Shown here: positions 19,687-29,426 of the stretch, piece by piece | How the letters are laid out: each line of letters starts with the position of its first letter | How positions within the stretch are numbered: position 1 is the stretch's first letter | Assembly: GCA_963842525.1 (NCBI GenBank) | Contig: CAWJGT010000034.1 | Span: 416,001-480,000, forward strand | DNA: 64,000 bases | Direction: 5' to 3' | Origin: an uncultured Holophagales bacterium | Lineage (GTDB): Bacteria; Acidobacteriota; Thermoanaerobaculia; Multivoradales; UBA5704 | Program-made: the position numbers and the translations under genes | Notes under the pieces: model-generated | Seen by the model: the letters and a program-made list of their open reading frames with translations, nothing else | Databases searched by the model: none | What the model was told of the DNA's origin: nothing

Positions 19687-22068
19687 ATGAACCTTGATGA
19701 CGCTCATGACGCTCAAAGATTCCCCGATCTTTTCGCCATGGCCGGAAGGCACTGGCCCGAGTCGAGAAGGTTCCGCATACCGGGCAGGCCTCCGGGGGCG
19801 GCGCCGGTGAGCGCGCTGGAGCCGGCCGCCTCGCCGCCCCAGGAAGCGGTGATCCCGGCAGGCCACGGCTTCGGCACCGCGCCGGTGTTCCTGGCGTCAA
19901 TCAGTACCATCCTCGGCGCCATCCTCTTTTTGCGCTTCGGCTATGCCGTCGCCCATGCCGGCATGCTCGGCGCCCTGATGATTGTGCTGCTCGGTCATCT
20001 GGTCACGCTGCCCACGGCGCTGGCGCTCTCGGAGATCGCCACCAACCGGCGGGTCGAGGGCGGCGGCGAGTACTTCATCATCTCGCGGTCGTTCGGGCGG
20101 ACGATCGGCGCCACGATCGGCTTCGGCCTCTACGTGTCCCAGGCGATCTCGGTGGCCTTCTACATGATCGCCTTCGCCGAGGCCTTCCGGCCTCTGGCTC
20201 CGGCCCTCGAGAGCTGGACCGGCCTGTCGTTCGATCCCCGCCTCGTCTCCCTCCCCGCCGCGGGTGTGCTGATCCTGCTGGTGCTGACGCGCGGCGCCAG
20301 CCTCGGCGTCACGGCGCTCTGGGGGATCGTGGCCGTGCTGGTGCTGTCGCTCGTCCTGTTCTTCGCCGGTCCCCCGCTGGCGGCAACCGCCACCGGCCAG
20401 TCGGTCGTCTTCCACGGCATTGAGGGAGGCGACCCGTTCATGCTGGTGTTCGCGATCGTCTTTCCGGCCTTCACCGGCATGACGGCCGGAGTCGGGTTGT
20501 CGGGAGATCTGAGCAATCCGCGCCGGTCGATCCCGCTCGGCGTGCTGTCGGCGACGGCGGTGGGCCTGTTGATGTACGTGGCGGTGGTGATCAAGCTGGC
20601 GCTCTCGGCGCCCGGTGAGCTGCTGGCGAGCGAGCCGCTGATCATGTCGCGCATCGCCGTCTGGGGCCCGATCGTGCCGGTCGGGCTCGCCTGTGCGACC
20701 CTCTCTTCCGCGATCGGCTCGATCCTGGTGGCACCGCGCACACTGCAGGCTCTGGCCTGCGATCAGGTGTTGCCAGGCCGCTTCCTGAATCGTTTCCTGG
20801 CGGAAGGGCGCGGGGAGGCCAACGAGCCGCGCAACGCCACGGTGGTGACCTCGCTGGTGGCCTTCGCCACCATCGGCGCCGGCTCGATCGACATCGTCGC
20901 GCGCATCGTCTCGATGTTTTTCATGGTCACCTACGGTTCGCTCTGCGCGATCAGCTTTTTCGAGCACCTCGCCGCTCGCCCCAGCTACCGGCCGAGCTTC
21001 CGGTCCCGGTGGTATCTGAGCCTGCTCGGCGCGGTGCTCTGTCTCCTGCTGATGTTCCAGATGGATCCCGGCTTCGCGGTGTTGTCGATCCTGATGATGG
21101 TCGGTATCTATTCCGGGCTGCGCGCCACCAAGGGCTGGCAGGGAGACCTCGCGGAGATCTTCCGTGGCGTTATGGCCCAGACGACGCGGTACTTCCAGAT
21201 CCAGTTGCAGCGTACCGCCTCGAACGCCGGCGCGGCCGAGTGGCGCCCCAACCTGATCGCGGTGGGCGAGCACACCTTCGAGCGCTCCGCGCCGCTGCTG
21301 ATGCTGACCTGGCTCTGCCGGCGTCAGGGCCTGGGCACCTACCTCCATCTCATCCGGGGCCGGCTCGACCATGCCACCTTCCGCAAGGGCCAGCGTCTGG
21401 TGCCGCGCCTGGTGGAGCTGACCGAGGCGCGGCACAGCGCCCTGGTGGTCGATACCATCGTCTCGCCGTCGCTGCGCACCGCCCTGGCGCAGGCTTTCCA
21501 GATGCCGAGCGTCACCGGCAAGGAACACAATGCGACGCTGTTCGAGCTCGTCGCCGGAGACGGCAAGGAGCAGGTTGAAGAGCTGGTGGACGGCTGCTCG
21601 CTGGCCTGGGACGCCAGCATCAGTCCCCTCGTGTTGCGGCACGGCGATCGCTTCTTCGGAAACCGGCGCGACATCCACCTCTGGCTCACCTGGCATGACT
21701 ACGGGAATGCGCCGTTGATGATCTTGCTCGCCTACGTCCTGCTCGGCCATCCGGACTGGAGCGCAGGGGAGATCCGGATCTTCGCGGCCTTTCCGAAGGC
21801 CGACGTCGCCGAGCAGCGGCGGCGGCTGACCGACTTGATCGAGACCGGCCGGCTGCCGATCAGCCTCAAGAACCTGCGCATTATCCCGACCGACGAGGAC
21901 GTCGATTTCGACCGTTTGGTGAGCAGCCTCTCGGCCGGCGCTGACCTCGTCCTCCTCGGCTTCATCCGCGAGCGGCTCCAGAGCAAAGGCTCCGCGCTGT
22001 TGCTCCGGCATCCGGATCTCTCCGATGTCCTGTTCGTCTCGGCTGCCGAGACGATCGTGATCGAATGA
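19687..22068 (+). CDS. Amino-acid-permease superfamily, SLC12/cation-chloride cotransporter-like protein
   Basis: About 11-12 TM helices; SEIATN..GGGEYFIISRSFG, FPAFTGMTAG, APRTLQALA, YRPSFR, WRPNLI motifs and a large soluble C-terminal domain; start uncertain. Confidence 0.82.
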   Translation: MNLDDAHDAQRFPDLFAMAGRHWPESRRFRIPGRPPGAAPVSALEPAASPPQEAVIPAGHGFGTAPVFLASISTILGAILFLRFGYAVAHAGMLGALMIVLLGHLVTLPTALALSEIATNRRVEGGGEYFIISRSFGRTIGATIGFGLYVSQAISVAFYMIAFAEAFRPLAPALESWTGLSFDPRLVSLPAAGVLILLVLTRGASLGVTALWGIVAVLVLSLVLFFAGPPLAATATGQSVVFHGIEGGDPFMLVFAIVFPAFTGMTAGVGLSGDLSNPRRSIPLGVLSATAVGLLMYVAVVIKLALSAPGELLASEPLIMSRIAVWGPIVPVGLACATLSSAIGSILVAPRTLQALACDQVLPGRFLNRFLAEGRGEANEPRNATVVTSLVAFATIGAGSIDIVARIVSMFFMVTYGSLCAISFFEHLAARPSYRPSFRSRWYLSLLGAVLCLLLMFQMDPGFAVLSILMMVGIYSGLRATKGWQGDLAEIFRGVMAQTTRYFQIQLQRTASNAGAAEWRPNLIAVGEHTFERSAPLLMLTWLCRRQGLGTYLHLIRGRLDHATFRKGQRLVPRLVELTEARHSALVVDTIVSPSLRTALAQAFQMPSVTGKEHNATLFELVAGDGKEQVEELVDGCSLAWDASISPLVLRHGDRFFGNRRDIHLWLTWHDYGNAPLMILLAYVLLGHPDWSAGEIRIFAAFPKADVAEQRRRLTDLIETGRLPISLKNLRIIPTDEDVDFDRLVSSLSAGADLVLLGFIRERLQSKGSALLLRHPDLSDVLFVSAAETIVIE

Positions 22069-22100
22069 TCACCCCGGAGGGCAGCTGGCGGCGGAGAGGC

Positions 22101-23880
22101 TCAGAAGCTCCAGAACCGCGGGATCAGCAGAGTCGCGATCAGCCAGAACAAGAGGTTGAGAGGAGTGCCGACCCGCAGAAAGTCGGTGAACCGGTAGTGT
22201 CCCGGACCGTAGATCAAGGTGTTCGTCTGGTAGCCCACGGGAGTCATGAAGCTCGCCGACGCCGCAACGGTCACGGCCACGAGGAACGGCCGGGGATCGA
22301 CACCGAGCGCGGCAGCCGCGCTGATGGCGATCGGGGCGAGCAGCGCTGCCGTAGCGTTGTTCGAACATCGCTTCAGTCAGCAGCGAGGTCAACAGGTAGA
22401 AAGCCGAGACCATCGCCACCGGACCCCAAGCGCCGATCGTATCGACGAGCAGCGTTGACAGGAGCCGGGCCGCTCCGGTCGTCTCCAAGGCGATGCCCAG
22501 GGGCAGGATCCCACCGAGCAGGAAGATGACTCGCCACTCGATGGCGTGGTACGCCTCATCGAGGGTGAGACAGCGGGTGAGCACCAGCAGGACCGAACCG
22601 AGGATGGCGCTGCCGAGAATGGGCAGAAGATCCAGGGTCGCCGCGGCCACCACGCCGGCGACGATCGCCGTGGCCAAAAGGAGCTTGCCTCGCCGCGGCT
22701 CGTCAAGGCCGACCTCGGAAACGATGAGGAAGTCCGAATCGTGCTTCAGCGCTTCGATCCGGTCGCGCCGGACTTCGACGAGCAACACGTCGCCCGAGCG
22801 CAGCCGGGTCGTTCCCAGCCGCTCACGCATGATCTCGCCGCGGTGACGGATGGCCAGCGCCGTGCCGCCATAGATCTGGCGGAAGCGGGCCTCCTTGAGA
22901 GTCTTCCCCTCGAGGGCCGATCCCGGCGCGATCACAGTTTCCAGCAGGGCGGCGTCGGCCGAAAGCAGGTCGTCGTCGCGCCACTTCAGACCCGACCTCA
23001 AGACGATTCCCTCCTGCTTCTCGGCTCGGCGGATCTTCTGGATGGCACAGCGTACGCGGAGCAGGTCGCCCGCTTCAAGGACCGTTGCGGCACCGGGGGC
23101 TGCCAGCGACCGTTCGCCGCGGTAGATCTCCAGCACATCCAGGTCCAGATCTCGGACCAGAGGCGACTCGCTGAGGGGCCGCCCCACGGCGGGAGACTCG
23201 GGAAGCACGAGGATCTCCGTCATATAGTCGCCCATGCCGTAGGATTGCGTCAGGTCCGCGCCGGCGCGCCGGTCCGGGATGATCCGGACGCCGACGACCA
23301 GCAGATAGAAAGCTCCCATGGCGAACAGCACCAGACCGAGAGGGAGAAGCTCGAACATCCCGAACGGGGCCAGCCCATGCTGCGCGGCGATGGAGCTGAC
23401 CAGGATGTTCGTGGAGGTTCCGATCAGGGTACAGACGCCGCCGAACATCGACGCGAACGACAGCGGGATCAGCAGCTTCGAAGGGCTGATCCGCGCGTCC
23501 CGCGCCAGCCCGAGGACGATCGGCAGGAAGATGGCCACCGCCGCTGTGTTGTTGATAAAGGCGGAGACGAGCCCGACGAGGGCCATCAGAGCGATCAGCG
23601 TCGGCCGGAGACCGAGGCGCCCGACCACCGCAAGCCGCTGACCGAGTAGGCTCACCACACCTGTCCGCGCCAGGCCGGCGCTCAGCACGAACATGGCGGC
23701 CACCGTGACCGTGGCCGTATTACTGAAGCCCGAGACCGCCTGCTCGGGGGTGAGAACCCTGCTGGCGAGAAGCACCGACAACACCAACAGCGCCACAAGG
23801 TCCACCGGCAGGCGCTCGGTCGCGAAACAGGCGACCGCCCCGAACAGGATGGCGAGGACCAGGATGATCTCGAAAGTCAT
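22101..23880 (-). CDS. SLC13/CitMHS-family permease with TrkA-C domains; frameshift near 22364
   Basis: MTFEIILV start overlaps the mpgP stop; [22 protein letters not shown], two TrkA-C-like units; removing one T restores MSNNATA...[10 protein letters not shown]...RFWSF*. Confidence 0.88.
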
Positions 23881-24707
23881 GGCACGGCCTTTCCGGGCGG
23901 GAAGAGCTCGCCGATCACCTTGCGAAACCCGGCAGGCCCGACGCCGTCCACCCGCACCAGGCGCGCGATCTCGGTCTCCATCCCGGCCCAGGTGCCGTCC
24001 GGTTTCTGCACGAGGTAGGGCAGATCGACCTCCGCCAGCATCGGGCTGTCGTTCGGGCCGTCTCCGAAACCGATCGAAGTCAAGGAAGGGTCCTGGAGCC
24101 GGTACAAGCTCCGGACGAGGCGGGTGGCGCGTCCCTTGTCGGCTCCCTGGCCGGTCACGGTGAAAAACCGGCTGCCAGCCACGCCGGACAGGCCACGGGA
24201 GGCAAGGGCGTTCCGTAAGCAGTCCAGGGCTTCGGGGTTGAAGCTCTCCTGCACGAGCGTCTCGCTGTACTCGCGTTGGCTCGCCCGCCGGACCCCCTCT
24301 TCGTCGAGGCCCGTCCGCCGGCGGATCTCGGGCGGCGATAAATCGGCGTAGCCGCGAAGATCTAAGCCAAGCTCGCCGAGCAGGCCCGCCAGCCGTACCC
24401 GGACCTCTCCGACCCCCAAGCCCAGCTCGATCACCGACCGGCCTTGCCGCGATCCTCCAGGAGGGCCGCCTTGGTCCAAACATCCCTCCGGGATGAAGAT
24501 CGCGCTGCCATTTTCCACGATGAAAGGAGAGTCCAAGCCGAGCTCCCGCCGATGGTGCTCGATCTCCGCGCGCGTCTTCGACGAGCAGAGCACAAGAGGG
24601 ATGCCGCGGGTACGAAGCAGCTCCACCGCCGGCCGCGCCTCTTCGCAGGAGTAGGTCTCCAGATCCAGCAGAGTGCCGTCCAGGTCGCTGAAGACGAGCG
24701 CGGCCAC
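23877..24707 (-). CDS. mpgP: Mannosyl-3-phosphoglycerate phosphatase (HAD IIB)
   Basis: FSDLDGTLLD, CSSKTRAE, PFIVENG, REYSE, DKGRA, GDGPND; directly downstream of mpgS. Confidence 0.88.
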   Translation of the reverse strand: MAALVFSDLDGTLLDLETYSCEEARPAVELLRTRGIPLVLCSSKTRAEIEHHRRELGLDSPFIVENGSAIFIPEGCLDQGGPPGGSRQGRSVIELGLGVGEVRVRLAGLLGELGLDLRGYADLSPPEIRRRTGLDEEGVRRASQREYSETLVQESFNPEALDCLRNALASRGLSGVAGSRFFTVTGQGADKGRATRLVRSLYRLQDPSLTSIGFGDGPNDSPMLAEVDLPYLVQKPDGTWAGMETEIARLVRVDGVGPAGFRKVIGELFPPGKAVP

Positions 24708-24716
24708 CTGTCCGCC

Positions 24717-26000
24717 TCAGACCTTGACCGCCGCGCGATGGGGGCGAATGCCGTTTCTGGAGTCTCCGCTCAGCGCCATCCGCCCGCCGGCCTCCGTCTC
24801 GCGGTCGGCCGGCTGGAGCTGGGCGGCATAGGGCTCCTCCTGGATCAGTTGCCGGAAACGCTCCAGGTCGACCTGCCGCAACGGTGAAAAGCAGACCAGC
24901 GGCGCGGGCTCTTCCGATGCGTCGAGCATGCCGCGCTTGCGCATCTCGTGCAACAGCTCCTCCTTGAGCGCCGGTGGGCAGATCGCCGATTGGTAGACCG
25001 TGCGCAAGGCATCGTAGCTCATGCTCTCCACGTGCTCCCCGCCCTTCGCTTCGTGCAGATGTGGGTTTCGCGACTCGATCTGAAAGATTTCCACGTTTTC
25101 CCGCATCAGCTCCGGAAAAGGGCTGGGCAGGATGCCGCCGAACTTCTCCCAGAGGTCGATGAAGTGGTAGGGCTCGATCGCGAAGCCTGACGCATAGCTC
25201 ATCGACATCGCCAGCTCCATGCTCAGCGCGTGCTCGCCCGCGTTGCCGGTCTTGATCACGTCCGTGCCGAAACCCGTGTAGTGGCCGATAACTTCGTTCA
25301 GGATCTGGTTGGTGCGTGCCGAGACCCGCCCCGATTTGGCGAAAAACAGGCTCGACTCGACAATCTTCGGCTTGCTGTGCCAGGCGATGCGCACCATGCT
25401 GTAAGGTGATTCGCTGAGGGCGAAGCCGGCGCTGTAGGCCCGCACGTATTCGAGAACGGAGCCGGGAAAGTAGTTGTCGGAGTCCACGAAGCCCACGTAC
25501 TTCTTACCGGCGAGCCGGGCGAGCAGCGTGGCGGCGATCATGCCCTCGGCCTTGCCATCCCGCACCAGGCCCTGCTCATCCAACAGCTCCGGATAGCCTG
25601 CGCCCGCGAGGGCCGCAGCCAAAGCCGGATCCTTCTGATGGACGACGACGATGGACTTGTCGGTGAACCGTCGAAAGCGTTCGATCGCGGCCTTCTCCAT
25701 GTGAAAGCGGTCGATCGGCTCGCGGGGGCTGTTGGAGACCACCAGCGTCAGGCAGTCGTGGGGAATGCCGCACAGCACCCCTTCGATCAAGCGGATGCGC
25801 TCCTTGCGCACCGGGACCACGATCGCCATCTGCCGCTCGATCTGCTGCCTTCTCTCGTACGAGATCCTCCAGGTGGTCGGGTTTCCGGGGGTACGCTCGA
25901 GCTCTGTGCGCAGGCCGGCGTCGAGCTCCAAAATCTTCTGCACACCGTGAAAGACCACCCCACCCAATCGTTCGGCTTCGCGCGGTATTTCGAGTCGCAT
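24717..26000 (-). CDS. mpgS: Mannosyl-3-phosphoglycerate synthase (GT55)
   Basis: EGVLCGIPH, VSNS, HQKDP, GKAEGM, GFVDSDNYFPG, WHSKPK, TGNAGEHA, RNPHLHE are MpgS signatures. Confidence 0.92.
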   Translation of the reverse strand: MRLEIPREAERLGGVVFHGVQKILELDAGLRTELERTPGNPTTWRISYERRQQIERQMAIVVPVRKERIRLIEGVLCGIPHDCLTLVVSNSPREPIDRFHMEKAAIERFRRFTDKSIVVVHQKDPALAAALAGAGYPELLDEQGLVRDGKAEGMIAATLLARLAGKKYVGFVDSDNYFPGSVLEYVRAYSAGFALSESPYSMVRIAWHSKPKIVESSLFFAKSGRVSARTNQILNEVIGHYTGFGTDVIKTGNAGEHALSMELAMSMSYASGFAIEPYHFIDLWEKFGGILPSPFPELMRENVEIFQIESRNPHLHEAKGGEHVESMSYDALRTVYQSAICPPALKEELLHEMRKRGMLDASEEPAPLVCFSPLRQVDLERFRQLIQEEPYAAQLQPADRETEAGGRMALSGDSRNGIRPHRAAVKV

Positions 26001-26032
26001 AAGGCCCTCCTCTCTCGGCCGGCCCGAGATCT

Positions 26033-29000
26033 TCAGTCGATCTCGCCCCGGCCCTGCTGCTGGCGCAACAACGTCTCGTAATAGTGGACCAGGTATTCCC
26101 CGGCCCGCTTCTTGATCCGGGACCAGCTCATCTCCTCGCCGATCGCCGCCAGCTCGGTTTCGATCTGCATCGTCACATAGAGCTGCCGGCTGAGCAGCGC
26201 TGAAATGCGCGCCTCGTTGGCTTTGCGGCTAAGAGTGGCCAGTCCGGTCCGGTGCCGCTGCAGCTCCGCCTGCCTCGCCAGGTCCCGCTGCGCCGCGTCG
26301 CGCTCGATCAGATCCTCCAGAGTGAAAACGTCCGCTTTCGCCTTGAGCAGCTCCGCTTCGAGGCTCGCCACCCGGTCGCGCTCCGCCTGCACCTCCTCCT
26401 CTGTAAGCACCGGCGGCAGGTCCGCCGGTGCGGCCTTGTCGCCAGGAGGAGGCGGCGGCAGCACGCGGGTCAGCTCGGAGCGCTCGGCGTCGATGAGCAG
26501 CCGAGGCTCCAACTCCAGCTTGAGCGTCACGATCTCCTTGGGCCGCGCCGTGACGCGGACCGCGCCGCCCCTGTCGAAGCCGAGCTCCTCCTGCGCTTCC
26601 TCGGCGAGATTGGTCTTGAGCACCCGGGAGATCTGCGGCCACCAGGTCGCCAACTCGCCCTCGGCAGGCTGATCCAGCGTGTTGAAGAAGCGGACGATCA
26701 CCCCGTCTCCCGCCTCCGCCCGCTTGAGGGCCGTGAGGCGGAAGGCATGGGAGGGCTCCGCGGAGCGCAGCGAGACGAAAGCCAGCTCGTCCGGAAGGTT
26801 CCCCGCCCGTGACGACGTCTGGACCACCCGCGGACGCAGGTTGTGGGACATGGCCTCCATGTGGGTCTGCTCCTTCGACCAGCCGCCGCGATGGGGATAG
26901 ATCGCATAGTGGAAGTTGTGCTCGCCCAGGCACTGCGCCTCGGGGGTAAAGATGTGCGGCCCCACGTCGCCGACGCGCGTCAACAGGTCGTCCCGGGCCA
27001 GCCAGCCGACGGCGCGCAAAAGCGTCAAGGCGATGGCGCCGTCTTTCTCGGGAACGATCTCGTACTCCGTGACACGGCGGCTGATGATCGCCAGCCCCTG
27101 GCGGCCGTCCGTATAGTCCACGAAGTTCTGGAAGGGATTCGTATGGACCGGGGCCGTATAGCGCCCCGCGGTCATCAGAGCGCGTACCGCGTCCGGCTCT
27201 TCGAGCACCGCCTCGCCGCGGATGGGCCAGCAGGCTACATCGAAAGGCTCTTCGGCAAAGCAGCAGTCGGCATGGAGGCCGGTGGGGAAAAGCACCCGCA
27301 GGCGGTGATCCTTGACCACGTTCTGGACCACGGTCTTGACCTCGACGTGCCGCGAGCCGGCCGCCAGCTCCACGTAGCTGACGATGGGAAAGGGACGACT
27401 CAGCACGCTGCGAGCCTGGCGGTCATGGCTCAACTCCTGCGGGAGATCGAGGGAGAAGCTCCACCTTGAGCCTGGCCATCAGCGGACCGGCCTGCAGCAC
27501 GCTGATCCTCGCCGCCTTCCCCAGGCTTGTCACCAGAGTATCCTGCAGCGGACCGGAGTAGTCGTACGTATCGCCGGCGTCGCCGCCGTCCTCGAAGTAG
27601 CCGAGCCGGTGATAGGTCCGGCCGCTCTGCTTCTCGGTCACCTCCAGGCTTGCGTCGGCGTTGACGGCCACCGACAGATACTCGTTCTCCAGGGAGGGAG
27701 GCTCCGCCGACGCCGATACCGTGGGATGTGGAGGAAACGCTTCGCCGCCGGCCGTCAGATAGTAGGTCCGGTAGCCGAGATAAGGCAGCTCGGCGGCGTA
27801 GAGATAGAGGTCGAGCTTGCGGCCCACGCGCGCCGCGATCTGATAAGGAACGGCGTGCCCGTGCCCGTCCTTCAGAGTGAAATCCTCGATGCCGGACGGC
27901 AGCTCGAGGCGGAGACCGACCACCTCCCACCGCTCGCGGGGAGAAGGGTTGAACACCACCAGGGCCAGCCGGCTGGCCCTGCGCGAGGTATCGATGCTGT
28001 TGGCGAGCACCCGCAGGCTCATGTCGGCGACATCGCCGGCCGTCTTCTGGCACAGGTCGAAGCGCTGCTCCATGTCCCGGGCGACCGGATCGACCGCACA
28101 GCCGCACACGTCATCGTGCGTGTGATTGAGCAGCAGAGCCTGCCAGGCGCGGGCCAATTGCGCCTTGGGGTAAGCCATGCCGATCGTCCACGCCACCGTC
28201 GCCAGCGGCTCGGCCCACCGCTCGAGCTCGCGCTGGCACTCGTTGTTGAGCAGCTTCAGATGGCTGCGGCTGGAGAAGACGCCCTTGAGGATGGGCATGT
28301 AGCGCCCGCTGTAAAGGTAGCCCTGCATCAGCGGCAGCTCCGGGTTGGCCGCGCGGACAGCGGCCAGGTACTCCTCCGGAGTGCTCTGCACGCAGTGGAA
28401 CCGGCCCCCGGCGCTTCGGTTGACCTCGTCGATCACCGGCAGCACGTCGTCCGGCCATGGCACCTGCTCGTAGCCGTTCATCAGGAGCACGTTGGGCGTG
28501 GTGGCGAACGGCCGCAGGGCCAGAGCCTCGGTGAGGACCCGGTCGGTGGCGATCTGGGGAGTCAGCGACAGCGCCATGGCGTTGCGGTAGCTGTTGACCA
28601 GGAAGATCGCCAGGACCTCCGAGCCGTCGGGCGCGCGCCAGCGCAGCTCCGACTTCAGGGACTCGGGCTCCAGGCCGACGCCGCGCCAGAGAAAGACCCC
28701 GTCAATGCCGAAGCCGCGGTAGATCTGCGGCGCCTGGGCGATCTGGCCGAAGTTGTCGAGCATCCAGCCCGCCTTCATCACCGGACCGAAGCGGGCAGCC
28801 ATTTGATGGCCGATCATCAGGTTCCGCACCAGAGCCTCGCCGCTGACCAGGCTCCAGTCCGGCTGGAGGTACGCCGGTCCGATCGCCAGGCGGCCCTCTG
28901 CGGAAAAGTGCCGCAGCCGCTCTTCACGCTCATGGGCCTCCTCCTCGGGCAGAAGGCTGAGATAGTCCTCAATCAACAGCGTCTGACCGTCCAGGACGAA

Positions 29001-29204
29001 GCGGTAGCCAGGCTGCTCGTCGAGCCTTCGAAACAGGTTGTCAAAGAAGCGGATCAGGCTGCGATTGGTGTATCTGGCGGTGAAGATCCACTCACGGTCC
29101 CAGTGGTTGTGGGTGATGAGGTGGATGGTCCAACCGTCGAGAGCCCTGCGTTGGCTGCCCCGGGTTGCCTCGACCTGAGGCCCGTTGGCCATGATCGCTG
29201 TCAC
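26033..29204 (-). CDS. GH38 alpha-mannosidase (MngB-like); frameshift near 27457
   Basis: GTG 29204 after RBS GGAGGT; HNHWDREW, FVLDGQ, SGEALVRNL, DNFGQ, LLNHTHDDVCGC, DAGDTYDYS, DHRLRVLFP, LTLLRAVGWL; removing one base joins the two ORFs. Confidence 0.88.
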
Positions 29205-29426
29205 GAGTACCTCCTGAAAACTTCCATCTGCTCGGAGCGGCCTGAGAAAGCGGATGGCTCGCGCCCGCGCACTGCTGCGCCTCGGGATCGCGCCCCGTGA
29301 CCGGGAAGATCCGGACCGGAGAGGTTCAGCACAGCGTACCATGCAGACAGGAACTAGCTCGTGGAGAATGACGGACGCCCCCCCCCCGTGTGGTACCCTC
29401 GCTGAAAAAGGGAGGTGGAGGTGGAG

